DNA of 32,000 bases, from positions 562-32,561 of the forward strand of contig CAZZMD010000053.1 of the NCBI GenBank assembly GCA_964655355.1, written 5' to 3'. Shown here one piece after another: positions 17,797 to 28,541 of this stretch. Under the pieces are notes generated by a model. The model made no database searches, was not told where the DNA came from, and saw nothing but the letters and a program-made list of their open reading frames with translations. This stretch comes from an uncultured bacterium (lineage in GTDB: Bacteria > Cyanobacteriota > Cyanobacteriia > CACIAM-69d). Numbering within the stretch: position 1 is the first letter of the stretch; every line of letters starts with the position of its first letter. Made by a program: the position numbers and the translations under genes.

Positions 17797-18162
17797 TCAA
17801 AATCCGCTCTGGGTGGGCAGGGTTTGCAGGAGGGGGGCGATCGCCTCGGGGGGCCAACTGCCTTCCGCTCGCCGCCCAGATTTTAAGACAATGCGCACCC
17901 CATAGGCTGCGGCATACCCTTCTGCCCCCAGCCATAACCAGTCCCCTTCCACTTCGCAGGCGATTTTTTCTTCGTCCATGAGTTCCGATGCTATCGCTCG
18001 TACCGCGTCCGATAGGGAGACCAACAACCGTTGAAATTCATCCCATTCGGCCCAGGTCAGCTCCAGCGCCCAATCCTCGGCTCCAATTAATCCGGGAAAA
18101 TCTTGCTGGGCGGGATCCCATCCCAGTCGCCAGCCGTCCCCCCGTTTCAAAATGCGTGTCAC
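17797..18162 (-). CDS. DUF1818-like conserved cyanobacterial protein
   Basis: 121 aa: MTRILKRGDGWRLGWDPAQQDFPGLIGAEDWALELTWAEWDEF...ACEVEGDWLWLGAEGYAAAYGVRIVLKSGRRAEGSWPPEAIAPLL. Confidence 0.7.
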   Translation of the reverse strand: MTRILKRGDGWRLGWDPAQQDFPGLIGAEDWALELTWAEWDEFQRLLVSLSDAVRAIASELMDEEKIACEVEGDWLWLGAEGYAAAYGVRIVLKSGRRAEGSWPPEAIAPLLQTLPTQSGF

Positions 18163-18183
18163 CCGCTTCGGTCTCCCGGCTCC

Positions 18184-18783
18184 CTATAACAGGTCTGTGG
18201 CGTTGCCCGATGAGGGGGGCGGGGCGGGCGTTTCGCGGTTTTGGCTTGGGGTGTTGTTCTGGGGATCGGGGGCTTCATCCGGCGCGAAAGCATCCACGAG
18301 GGCGGCGACTAGGCGCTGACGCTGCTCGCGATTAAGCTGGGCGAGGGCTGCCATATCGTCACTGCGGGGATTTTGGGTTAGGGCTCCATTGCCCGGATAG
18401 GTTTCGATGGGAATCGTCTCATTCAGCCCCAGGTAGTCCCCTAGGGTGAGCTTCCAGTCCAGCCGGAACAGGGGCGATCGCCCGCGGGAGTAGAGGTGAT
18501 ATCGCATCAATCGCTTGACGAGCGTATTTTGCGGATCCACTTCTTGGGTCGACCGGTCTACGTAGGTATTGCCTTTGGAGAGTTCGGGCACCCGTTCGTG
18601 GACCTGCCAATGGCGATCGCCAATGATGATCGATACCTGGGCTTGGGCGGAAAGGTGGGCCGCAAACGGATGGGGCGATCGCCCCTGGAGTGGTAGCCAG
18701 CTATTTAAGCTCTCCAGCGGAGTGAACCCCGCCGCAATGCCTAACGCTATTCCTCCCAGCCATACTAGCGATCGCCGCATCAT
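18184..18783 (-). CDS. Hypothetical exported/anchored protein
   Basis: 199 aa ORF with N-terminal hydrophobic segment MMRRSLVWLGGIALGIAAGFTP and Pro-rich C-terminus; contiguous with rpoZ and DUF1818 genes. Confidence 0.65.
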   Translation of the reverse strand: MMRRSLVWLGGIALGIAAGFTPLESLNSWLPLQGRSPHPFAAHLSAQAQVSIIIGDRHWQVHERVPELSKGNTYVDRSTQEVDPQNTLVKRLMRYHLYSRGRSPLFRLDWKLTLGDYLGLNETIPIETYPGNGALTQNPRSDDMAALAQLNREQRQRLVAALVDAFAPDEAPDPQNNTPSQNRETPAPPPSSGNATDLL

Positions 18784-18822
18784 CCTTACCCGCTCTGCCG
18801 TTTGGACTATTTTGATCGACCT

Positions 18823-19053
18823 TTAAACGCCAATAATATCCGGCTGGGTCAACTCGTCGGACATTTCGACGATCGCCCGCAATACGGGCTTCATCATTAC
18901 ATCGTCGCCATTGTCAAAATCTTCATAGCGCCGACGCTTCGCCCGGTTCGCCACCTGCACCGTAATTCGGTAGCGATTTGAGGCCGCATCAATCAACTCC
19001 TCCGCCCGCGCCATCAATTCCGCCGTTTCCAAACCCGATGCATATCTACTCAT
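18823..19053 (-). CDS. rpoZ: RNA polymerase omega subunit
   Basis: [65 protein letters not shown] is typical cyanobacterial RpoZ; start at internal ATG (MSRYASG) rather than the ORF end at 19137. Confidence 0.93.
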   Translation of the reverse strand: MSRYASGLETAELMARAEELIDAASNRYRITVQVANRAKRRRYEDFDNGDDVMMKPVLRAIVEMSDELTQPDIIGV

Positions 19054-19289
19054 TAGCTTTAGCCTTTTAGCCTGATTAAATCCAAACAGCACTGAAGTCG
19101 GGCACCGCCGAAACCGATCAAGCCTAGCGATACCCAAGGAATCTCTAGCTTAACAGGTCCCTGGAAACCCTTTTCTGCTCCCGGCTAACCCCCTTTCCCT
19201 TGCCCTAGATACGGTTCAGATAGCCTTGCCCGAGACAATCATTATTCGGACATTGTTCGGATCCTGTCCGCCGGGATAGGATATTCCCC

Positions 19290-20258
19290 ATGGCCACGAT
19301 TCATGTCCGCTCCATTCCTCACCATTACGATCTCAGCGCTCCTCGACCCGGGCGCTGTCCGATTATTTTTATCCATGGTTGGTTGCTCAGTCGACACTAT
19401 TGGCAACCGATGGTGGATTTGTTGTCCGAGGATTATCAGTGTTTGGCCTATGATCTGCGGGGTTTTGGTGATTCTCAACCCGGAGCGGTTGGGGGCGGGA
19501 ACTCGGCGATCGCTCTGAATTCTCTGACTCATTCATCCGCTGACCAATCCAGCCAACGGCGACGGTTTGAGTCCTATACTCCCCGCGCCTATGCGGAAGA
19601 TATTGGGGAACTGATGGATCGGTTGGGGATTGAAAAGGCGTGGCTGGTGGGGCATTCCTTGGGGGGAACGGTTGCTCTTTGGGGCGGCCATCATCTGGGC
19701 GATCGCATTGCTGGAGTGGTTTGCCTTAACGCTGGCGGTGGTATTTACCTTGAGACTGAGTTCCGTACCTTTCGCACGGTCGGACAGCGATTGGTGAAGT
19801 GGCGACCTCGCTGGCTTAAGCACCTGCCCCTCCTCCATTGGGGCCTGTGTTACGACAGTGTCGCTCATCCTTTGCCGGTTCGGTGGGGACGCCAGCGTGT
19901 TCTTGATTTTATGGGGGCAGATAGTGAAGCCGCCTTGGGATCATTGCTCACCTCTACCACCCGTACGGAGGTGCATCGTCTTCCCCATCTGGTGTCCCAA
20001 CTGAAGCAGCCGGCCTATTTTATTGGCGGGCAGGCGGATCCCATTATGGAACCCCGTTATGTGCGCCACTTGGCCAGCTACCATCCCCTATTTGAGCCCA
20101 ATGGGGCCAACCTGATCGAACTCCAGGGCTGTGGCCATCTCGCCATGGTGGAGCAGCCGGGGGCGGTGGTACGCCATCTACGGCAGATTTTGGAGCGTCA
20201 TCCTCGCCCAGCGACTCCCACGGTGCCCCCCCGACAACCTCTTGTGCCGCAACCTTAG
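19290..20258 (+). CDS. Alpha/beta hydrolase
   Basis: PIIFIHGWLLSRHYWQPMVDLLSEDYQCLAYDLRGFGDS, nucleophile elbow AWLVGHSLGGTVAL, C-terminal GCGHLAMVEQP. Confidence 0.9.
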   Translation: MATIHVRSIPHHYDLSAPRPGRCPIIFIHGWLLSRHYWQPMVDLLSEDYQCLAYDLRGFGDSQPGAVGGGNSAIALNSLTHSSADQSSQRRRFESYTPRAYAEDIGELMDRLGIEKAWLVGHSLGGTVALWGGHHLGDRIAGVVCLNAGGGIYLETEFRTFRTVGQRLVKWRPRWLKHLPLLHWGLCYDSVAHPLPVRWGRQRVLDFMGADSEAALGSLLTSTTRTEVHRLPHLVSQLKQPAYFIGGQADPIMEPRYVRHLASYHPLFEPNGANLIELQGCGHLAMVEQPGAVVRHLRQILERHPRPATPTVPPRQPLVPQP

Positions 20259-20415
20259 CGATCGCCCTAGCGATCTGGCGATCGCCGGGAATGGACCATG
20301 GGGGGCGTTCCTGTTAGGCGGTTGGGGTGTACAAACTTCAGGGGGATGGGGAGAAAATGTTGAGAAAGGGGACTGAGGGACGGTGGGGGTGGCAAGATGA
20401 AGGGACATCGGAGAT

Positions 20416-20454
20416 ATCAGTGCTTAGTATCAGTGCTTAGCATCAGTGCTTAGT
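20416..20454. repeat. 13-bp tandem repeat, 3 copies
   Basis: ATCAGTGCTTAGT / ATCAGTGCTTAGC / ATCAGTGCTTAGT read directly. Confidence 0.95.
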
Positions 20455-20537
20455 CAGCGTTACTGTCCAGTCAGCGTTGCCAGTTAGCGTCGATTGAGTG
20501 AGCGTTGAGCAATCATTCCCTGCAGGAGGCAAAGCCC

Positions 20538-21809
20538 ATGACTCTTCAGTTTCAGTGGACCTGTGCCTTGTCCACTCGGGTGTCCTTGGAGGCGGCCGTG
20601 AGGGAGGTCGTGGAACGGGCGACGGCAACGCTGACGATTCCGGCGGATTTGGCGATCGTGTTTATTTCTTCGGCGTTTGCCAGTGAGTTTCCCCGTTTGA
20701 TGCCGCTGTTGAAGGAGGCGTTGGGGGCGCATTATGACGATTTGCCGGCGATTATTGGCTGTGGCGGCGGCGGTGTGGTGGGTACCCACGAGGATGGGCG
20801 GACCGATGAGTTGGAGGATGAGCCGGCGTTGAGTTTGACGTTGGCGGCTTTGCCGGGGGCGCAGGTGACGCCGTTCCACATTAGTCATCGGGCGTTGCCG
20901 GATTTGGATAGTCCGCCGGATGAGTGGTCGGTGTTGGTGGGGGTGGATCCTCAGCATCAGCCGGATTTTGTGTTGTTGGCGGATCCGGCGTTGCGGGAGA
21001 TTAATGAGTTGCTCCAGGGGCTGGATTTTGCTTATCCGGGGTCGGTGAAGGTGGGCGGTTTGGCTAGTGGGGCGGGGATTCGCTCGGGGCGGGTGTTATT
21101 TCATGACTATGAGTCCTATGGGGAGGGCGCGGTTGGGTTGGCCTTGACGGGGGCGGTGAAGATTGAGCCCATTGTGGCCCAGGGATGTCGCCCCATTGGC
21201 AAGCCGTTTTGGGTCACGGAGTGCGATCGCAATGTGGTGTTGAAGGTGGAGGAGCAAACTAAGCCGGATCAGATGTCGGGCAGTGGGGATGATCGGCCGC
21301 CGTTGTTTGTTTTGCGGGAGTTAATCCAAACCTTGGAGGAGGGCGATCGCAAGTTGGCGGAGGAGGCGTTGTTTATTGGGGTGGCGCGGGATGAGTTTCG
21401 GCAAACGTTGGAGCCGGGTGATTTTCTGATTCGTAATTTGATGGGGGTGGATCCTAGTGTGGGGGCGTTGGCCATTGGCGATCGCATTCGGGCGGGGCAG
21501 CGTATTCAGTTCCATTTACGGGATGCCAGCACGTCGGCGGAGGATTTGGAGACGTTGCTCCAGCGATATGTCCTTAAGGCGTCTGAGACGCCGGATCAGC
21601 CGAAGCCGATGGGGGCGCTGATGTTTGCCTGTTTGGGACGGGGGGAAGGGTTATATGGGGAGCCTAATTTTGATTCGGGGATTTTGCATCAGGTGTTGGG
21701 ACCGATGCCGGTGGGTGGTTTTTTCTGCAATGGCGAGTTAGGACCGGTGGGAAATACAACCTTTGTCCACGGCTATACGTCAGTGTTTGGGCTGATTCGA
21801 CCGACTTAG
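20538..21809 (+). CDS. FIST N/FIST C domain sensory protein
   Basis: MTLQFQWTCALSTRVSLEAAVREVVERA...ADLAIVFISSAFASEFPRLMPLLKEAL...IIGCGGGGVVG...(C-term) MFACLGRGEGLYGEPNFDSGILHQVLGPMPVGGFFCNGELGPVGNTTFVHGYTSVFGLIRP. GGAGG Shine-Dalgarno just upstream of ATG 20538. Confidence 0.88.
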   Translation: MTLQFQWTCALSTRVSLEAAVREVVERATATLTIPADLAIVFISSAFASEFPRLMPLLKEALGAHYDDLPAIIGCGGGGVVGTHEDGRTDELEDEPALSLTLAALPGAQVTPFHISHRALPDLDSPPDEWSVLVGVDPQHQPDFVLLADPALREINELLQGLDFAYPGSVKVGGLASGAGIRSGRVLFHDYESYGEGAVGLALTGAVKIEPIVAQGCRPIGKPFWVTECDRNVVLKVEEQTKPDQMSGSGDDRPPLFVLRELIQTLEEGDRKLAEEALFIGVARDEFRQTLEPGDFLIRNLMGVDPSVGALAIGDRIRAGQRIQFHLRDASTSAEDLETLLQRYVLKASETPDQPKPMGALMFACLGRGEGLYGEPNFDSGILHQVLGPMPVGGFFCNGELGPVGNTTFVHGYTSVFGLIRPT

Positions 21810-22044
21810 GGATATTGTTCAGGGATGTTTCCTGGGCGGTTGGGCTGTGAAGTTGAAATCTGTCTCTGTGAATGTCTCTGTGAAGCTGAGATCTGTGCGG
21901 ATTGCGCCTGACTGCCGCTGAATATTGTTGCTGTGCGGTGCTGCCCGGGGGCTATGGCTTAGGCTGGGACTGGGTGGCTCGGACACAGTGGCTTTTACCT
22001 TAGCCTTTTAGCGCTCACCCTGCTCTCTGATTTTGAAGTGACCT

Positions 22045-25000
22045 ATGGCTGCAGCTCCGTTGATTGATCCTTCCATTGCCCAGGTGTTGCGACGGTTGCG
22101 ATCGCTTACCCAGTGGGATGTGCGGGATCGGTGGCGGGTGCATGTTGGGGATTTACCGGTGGCGACGGCGACGGATCCTCTGGCTTGGGAGGATTGGGCG
22201 ATTCCGCCTCAGGATGATCGCGGCTATTTGATGGGCGATCGGGGGCGGCAGGTGCGTTGGCTGGGGCAGGTGATTACGGTCCCGGAAGCATTAACGGCGG
22301 ATGGGTGGCCGTTGGCGGGGTTACGGTTGCGGTTTGCGTTGGGGTGGTGGTCGGAGGATGCCCAGGTTTATGTGAATGGGCGGTTGGTGCAGGCGGGGGA
22401 TTTATTTGATTGTTTTTGTCGGGTGGTGTTGTCGGAGGCGGTGACGGTGGGGGAGTCCTGGACCGTTGCTGTTCGGTTGGTGAGTCCGGGCCATGATGAT
22501 GGGGCCCTGGTGCGATCGCGGTTGATCTATGAGCCGACGGATTTTGACCCGGAGTTATTGAACCCGGATGCGTCGTTGGATCCGGGGTTTGTGGCGGATG
22601 AGTTGGAGACGGTGCAGCGGTTTTTGAGTGCGGGCATCTTTCCTAAATTTACGTTGCGATCGCAGGACCGTGCCCAGGCGGATTTCAATCAAAAACTTGA
22701 TTATTTGAATTGGTCGACCACGGACGGCGATGGGGTGGATCAGGCGATGTTGGTGTCTTCGATTCAGCGTATTCGTCTGCAACTGTTGCAGCAGGGGTGG
22801 TCCCACTGTCTGAAGGAGCGCACCATTGAGCCCGTTGGCCATGCCCATTTGGATATGGTTTGGTTGTGGCCCCTGGCGGAAACCTATGGGGTGGCGGAGA
22901 AGACGTTTGAGTCGGTCCTTAAACTGCAATCTATTAATGCTGATCTCACCTTTTGCCATTCCAGTCCTGCTTTGTTGGAGTGGATTGAAATCAATCGCCC
23001 TGACTTATTCCGCCGGATCCAAGAGGCGGTTAAGGCGGGGCAGTTTGAAATTGCGGCGGGGCTTTGGATTGAGCCGGAGTTTAATTTGATTGGGGGGGAG
23101 GCGATCGCTCGCCAATTGCTCTATGGACAGCGATATGTGCAGGAAAAATTTAAGGATTCTCGTGGGGAATCCATTGCTACTAAAATTGCCTGGTTGCCGG
23201 ATAGTTTTGGGTTTTGTTGGCAGTTACCCCAGTTTTTTAAGCAGGCGGGCATTGATTATTTTCTGACCCAAAAATTGCGGTGGAATGATTCCACTGAGTT
23301 TCCCCATGAGCTATTCCATTGGACGGCTCCAGATGGCACTCAAATTCTGACGGTGATGATGCCCCCCATTGGTACCGATACGGATCCCATTGCCATGGGA
23401 CAGCGGGCGATCGCTTGGGAGACCGCAACGGGTGATCGCCATCCCCTATGGCTTCCGGGGGTGGGGGATCATGGTGGTGGCCCCAGTCAGGACATGCTCG
23501 ATGTAGCCCATCAGTGGCAGCGATCGCCCCTGTTTCCTGAGATTCAATTTAAGACCGGGATTGACCATTGCGATCGCTTGGAAAAACGTTTAATTGAGGC
23601 AGATCAGCTCCCCGCTTTGCCGGAATGGAAGGATGAACTTTATTTGGAATTCCATCGGGGGTGTTACACCACCCATGGGGATCAAAAACTGGCGAATCGC
23701 ACCTGTGAAAATCTGCTTTTTGAGGCGGAGTTATGGTTGTCTTTGGCGGGAATTCAAGGGCTATTGACGACTGAGGAAAGTCAGGGTCATCACGACCAGT
23801 TACAGGCGGCGTGGAAAAAGGTTTTATTGAATCAGTTTCATGACATTTTGCCGGGGTCTGCGGTGCCTGAGGCTTATATGGATGCGAATCAGGATTGGGG
23901 GTTTGCTGAGGGGACGGCTCGCTCGGTGCTGAATGCGGTGATGGGGCGATGGGGGCGGGCGATGGTGCTTGATGCGAAGCCCAGTGATGATGCGATTCCC
24001 TATCTGGTTTTTAATTCGGTGGACGGTGAGCGGGTCAGTAGCGTTGAGGTGGTTATCCCAGGGGCTAAGCCGGATGTGCATTGGCAAGTAACCGATAGCC
24101 GGGGGGAGTTGCTGCAATCACAGATTCTTTGTTCACGGGATGATGATGGGGGCGATCGCTCATTGCTGATTGCGTTGCCTCCGTTTGTTGGGATTGGCTA
24201 TCAGGTGATTTATTTGCAGCCTGGGACCGCGACGGAAGATGCGACAGGAGAAGAATTGCCTGAGGATACTGGTCTGGGGCAGTTGAATGGCGTGGCGATT
24301 GGGTCTGAATGCCAGTTGTCTAATGATTTTGTTCGGATGGAAATTGACCCGGAGACGGGGTTGATTGCGCGGCTGATCGATAAGAGCGCCGATGGGACTG
24401 TGATGACCGGTCCGGGGCCGCAGCTCCAGCTATTTAAGGATGACGGGCAATATTGGGATGCATGGAATATTGATCCAGAGTATGAGACCCATCGGTTGGC
24501 CGATCCGAAGTTGGTGGATATCGCTTGGTTGGAGCAGGGGCCCCTACGCCAATGTCTCAGGACAGTTTTTCTGTGGGGTGATTCGACCTTTGAGCAGGAT
24601 TACATCCTGGATGCGACGGATCCTTATGTGACGGTGAAAACCCGTGTCCATTGGAAAGAGCGCCATGTGTTGCTGAAAATGGCGATCGCGGTGGATGAGG
24701 CTTGGGACCAGGCGACCTATCATATTCCTGGCGGGGCGATCGCTCGGCCGACCCGTCCTAAGACCGAGGCGGAAAAGGCGAAGTGGGAAGTGCCTGCGTT
24801 GCAGTGGGCGGATTTAAGTAGCCCGGACCAGACTGGTGGGCTGAGTATTTTGAACGATTGCAAGCATGGCTATGATGCTAAGCCGGGGCTGTTGCGATTG
24901 ACCCTATTGCGGGGGGCGACGTGGCCCAATCCTGATGCGGATCGCGGCGAGCATTGTTTTAGCTATGCCCTGTATCCCCACGGCGGATCCTGGCAGGATG

Positions 25001-25389
25001 CCGGAACGATGCACCATGGGGACTGTTTTAATCGACCTCTGCGGGCGATCGCGATCGTCCCCGATGCGCCATCGGTGAATTCCCAGATAAAGGCCCAACC
25101 GGCGGCGGCGACGCTCCTCTCCCTGGGACAACCTAATCTCCGACTGATGACCCTGAAGCGATCGGAAGACCATTCCCAAAGTTGGATTCTGCGCTGCCAT
25201 GAAAGTGCGGGTGAATCCGCTTCCCTGGCCAATGCCAAGCTCGGCCGCCAGCCTTTGCTGAATGCGGATGCTGTCCAGATGACTGATTTACTTGAGCAGC
25301 CGGGCTCTGAGGTGCCCGAAACTCTGACCCCGTGGCAAATTGCAACGTTCAAATTTGCTCAGAATTGCTCAAAAATAAACTCAGTGTGA
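22045..25389 (+). CDS. Alpha-mannosidase, glycoside hydrolase family 38
   Basis: 1114 aa; VGHAHLDMVWLWPLAETYGVAEKTFESVLKL, WIEPEFNLIGGEAIARQLLYGQRYVQEKF, WLPDSFGFCWQLPQFFKQAGIDYFLTQKLRWND, HGGGPSQDMLD, QFHDILPGSAVPEAY. Confidence 0.95.
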   Translation: MAAAPLIDPSIAQVLRRLRSLTQWDVRDRWRVHVGDLPVATATDPLAWEDWAIPPQDDRGYLMGDRGRQVRWLGQVITVPEALTADGWPLAGLRLRFALGWWSEDAQVYVNGRLVQAGDLFDCFCRVVLSEAVTVGESWTVAVRLVSPGHDDGALVRSRLIYEPTDFDPELLNPDASLDPGFVADELETVQRFLSAGIFPKFTLRSQDRAQADFNQKLDYLNWSTTDGDGVDQAMLVSSIQRIRLQLLQQGWSHCLKERTIEPVGHAHLDMVWLWPLAETYGVAEKTFESVLKLQSINADLTFCHSSPALLEWIEINRPDLFRRIQEAVKAGQFEIAAGLWIEPEFNLIGGEAIARQLLYGQRYVQEKFKDSRGESIATKIAWLPDSFGFCWQLPQFFKQAGIDYFLTQKLRWNDSTEFPHELFHWTAPDGTQILTVMMPPIGTDTDPIAMGQRAIAWETATGDRHPLWLPGVGDHGGGPSQDMLDVAHQWQRSPLFPEIQFKTGIDHCDRLEKRLIEADQLPALPEWKDELYLEFHRGCYTTHGDQKLANRTCENLLFEAELWLSLAGIQGLLTTEESQGHHDQLQAAWKKVLLNQFHDILPGSAVPEAYMDANQDWGFAEGTARSVLNAVMGRWGRAMVLDAKPSDDAIPYLVFNSVDGERVSSVEVVIPGAKPDVHWQVTDSRGELLQSQILCSRDDDGGDRSLLIALPPFVGIGYQVIYLQPGTATEDATGEELPEDTGLGQLNGVAIGSECQLSNDFVRMEIDPETGLIARLIDKSADGTVMTGPGPQLQLFKDDGQYWDAWNIDPEYETHRLADPKLVDIAWLEQGPLRQCLRTVFLWGDSTFEQDYILDATDPYVTVKTRVHWKERHVLLKMAIAVDEAWDQATYHIPGGAIARPTRPKTEAEKAKWEVPALQWADLSSPDQTGGLSILNDCKHGYDAKPGLLRLTLLRGATWPNPDADRGEHCFSYALYPHGGSWQDAGTMHHGDCFNRPLRAIAIVPDAPSVNSQIKAQPAAATLLSLGQPNLRLMTLKRSEDHSQSWILRCHESAGESASLANAKLGRQPLLNADAVQMTDLLEQPGSEVPETLTPWQIATFKFAQNCSKINSV

Positions 25390-26157
25390 GTCTGCGGCGG
25401 CGGCTAATGCGTCCGCTAACTGATCAATTCTCGTTAAGGTCTCCAATACGCCCCGCTCCGTTAAAAACTGACTGGGGCGATGCTCCTCATACAGTAGCCA
25501 GCCGTGTTGGATTTCGATGCCATAGGTTCGTGCGCCCACTTCGGTCAAGGGTTTGCGGGGGGTCCAATCCGTCAAGAGTTGGTGCACGGTTGGATCCACT
25601 AGCAGTATCTGGGCGGGCGTTGCGGGGGTGCAATGGAGACGAAAGTGCCGGTCTAATCGGCGATCGCCACTTTTCTGCGAGGGTAATCGGCGACGGTGGG
25701 CAACGGTCAGCAAATCTCCGGAGGTTTTGGCGAGTAAATGCCCTGGCTTGGCACAGATGCAGTGAAAATGCTCCGGGAGTTGGGTTTTGATTGCCGCCCG
25801 CAGGGTGACATGTTGCCGGAGGGGGCGATCGCAACTATCAATGCGGGGATGGAGGCGTTCTCGATAAATTTCTGCGTCGTGTAATAAATCCGCAAACGCT
25901 ACCCCAATCACCACCGGGCGATCGCGATAGGTTCCCACTAACTGCGGTTGGTCCTGAAATAACCACCGCGCAAACTTATTCAGCGCCGGCCCCCCGGCTA
26001 CCATCTGATTAAACGGCTGAGGGTCGTAATCGAGTCCCAACGTATCGGCTAAGGCTTTCCAACGCCGGGTTAAAACATACCGTTGCCATAGAAGGATCGG
26101 GCAGGCGATCGCTGCCAATATCAAACTCAGAACCAACGTGGCTAACAGCGGTTGCAC
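25381..26157 (-). CDS. Hypothetical membrane-anchored protein
   Basis: 258 aa ORF, N-terminal TM helix MQPLLATLVLSLILAAIACPILLWQRYVL followed by soluble domain; 3' end overlaps the mannosidase stop by 9 bp. Confidence 0.7.
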   Translation of the reverse strand: MQPLLATLVLSLILAAIACPILLWQRYVLTRRWKALADTLGLDYDPQPFNQMVAGGPALNKFARWLFQDQPQLVGTYRDRPVVIGVAFADLLHDAEIYRERLHPRIDSCDRPLRQHVTLRAAIKTQLPEHFHCICAKPGHLLAKTSGDLLTVAHRRRLPSQKSGDRRLDRHFRLHCTPATPAQILLVDPTVHQLLTDWTPRKPLTEVGARTYGIEIQHGWLLYEEHRPSQFLTERGVLETLTRIDQLADALAAAADSH

Positions 26158-26419
26158 AGACAGAAACTAGGGCTGGACTACAACTGAACGAGGACTGAAC
26201 GGAGAGCATAAAAATTAGCACATATCTTCCCTCCCGATGGTTCCCGGTTCGCCACCCCCGGAAAATGCCCCCGGAAAATGCCCCAAAAACACAAATCTGG
26301 AAATCCTGAGATAACGTTTAACCCGGAGGCTAAAGGCAAGACTCAAAATTTCCAGATCGTGTGAAATATTGCTTGTCGGTCAGACTGTGCCGCTAACAAG
26401 CTTGTATTGCAGGAAAATC

Positions 26420-26435
26420 AGGATTTGAAAATCCT
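26420..26435 (-). terminator. Hairpin downstream of cpeA
   Basis: AGGATTT-GA-AAATCCT perfect inverted repeat just beyond the cpeA stop; U-run is weak. Confidence 0.35.
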
Positions 26436-26455
26436 AACCGTCCTAGCAATAACTC

Positions 26456-26983
<528 letters not shown>

Positions 26984-27052
26984 TTAAACGCAGAGAAAAA
27001 GTCTTGATTTAAGCACGAGCCGCTTTTCAGCTAACCCAAGGCAAATCAATGA

Positions 27053-27689
<637 letters not shown>

Positions 27690-27997
27690 TGCACATTCGT
27701 AACCCTATTGGAAAAGCTTGGCGAACGGGGTCAGTTGTTCGAACAAAGCAATATTTTGTTACTTTCATTCCGGGGCTTTTCTCAGAAACCTTGGAAGAAC
27801 CCTGGATTGGTGGGGCGATCGCTGTTTTGCAACGGGGGTATTGTTCAGGTACAGGGGAGTATTTATGATCGGTTTCAGTTTTTCCGTGCCGATTTTCCGA
27901 GCCGATTTTCCGAGCCGTTTATCTGAACTGGTTTGTGCTTGGGATGGAACGGCGGATGGCTAAGGTCTTTATTAATTTCGTTTGAACTATTTGAACT

Positions 27998-28327
27998 ATG
28001 CAATCCCAAACTGCTGATTCCGCTGCTCCGAATACGCCTTCTGATTTGGCTGCTGATGGTGCGTCGACTGATGCTGAAACGACCGCCCAGGGCGGTGATG
28101 GGGCGGCGACTGCTGGGGCGGCTAGCTCCGATGAGGTGGAGGCGGTGATTGCAGAGCTGGAGACGTACCGCCAGCGTTTGGTGGATGAAACGATGGATGT
28201 GGCGCGCAAGCTTAAGCTGCCGAAGAAGGCGGCTCAGGCGCAGGTGGATCGCCATCCTGAGATTGCGAAGGTCTCTCAGATGATCCAAGGGTTGCGCGAT
28301 CGCCAAAATAATACGTCTGGTTCTTAA
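27998..28327 (+). CDS. Small hypothetical acidic/helical protein
   Basis: 109 aa ORF; disordered Ala/Asp/Thr-rich N-terminus then DEVEAVIAELETYRQRLVDETMDVARKLKLPKKAAQAQVDRHPEIAKVSQMIQGLRDRQ. Confidence 0.6.
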   Translation: MQSQTADSAAPNTPSDLAADGASTDAETTAQGGDGAATAGAASSDEVEAVIAELETYRQRLVDETMDVARKLKLPKKAAQAQVDRHPEIAKVSQMIQGLRDRQNNTSGS

Positions 28328-28541
28328 TTCTTAATAGGATTCAAACTTTAGTGCCATCGATTCCCTGACCTTAGAAACGGGTTCACCTATGCTTCAAGTT
28401 TTTTTGGGGTGAATGGGATCGATGGGCAAGACTTTTATGAGTGGATCGGGCTTCGTTTCTTAGAATCTTAGGGGTGACCCAGTCATTGTTTCCGCCTGCT
28501 GTTTCGATATTTGTCTCGCAGATTTATCTCGCAGATTTCCT

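Noticed and set aside
18823-19137. 104 aa version of RpoZ
   Set aside because: The first 28 residues do not resemble omega; the internal ATG at 19053 gives a normal cyanobacterial RpoZ.
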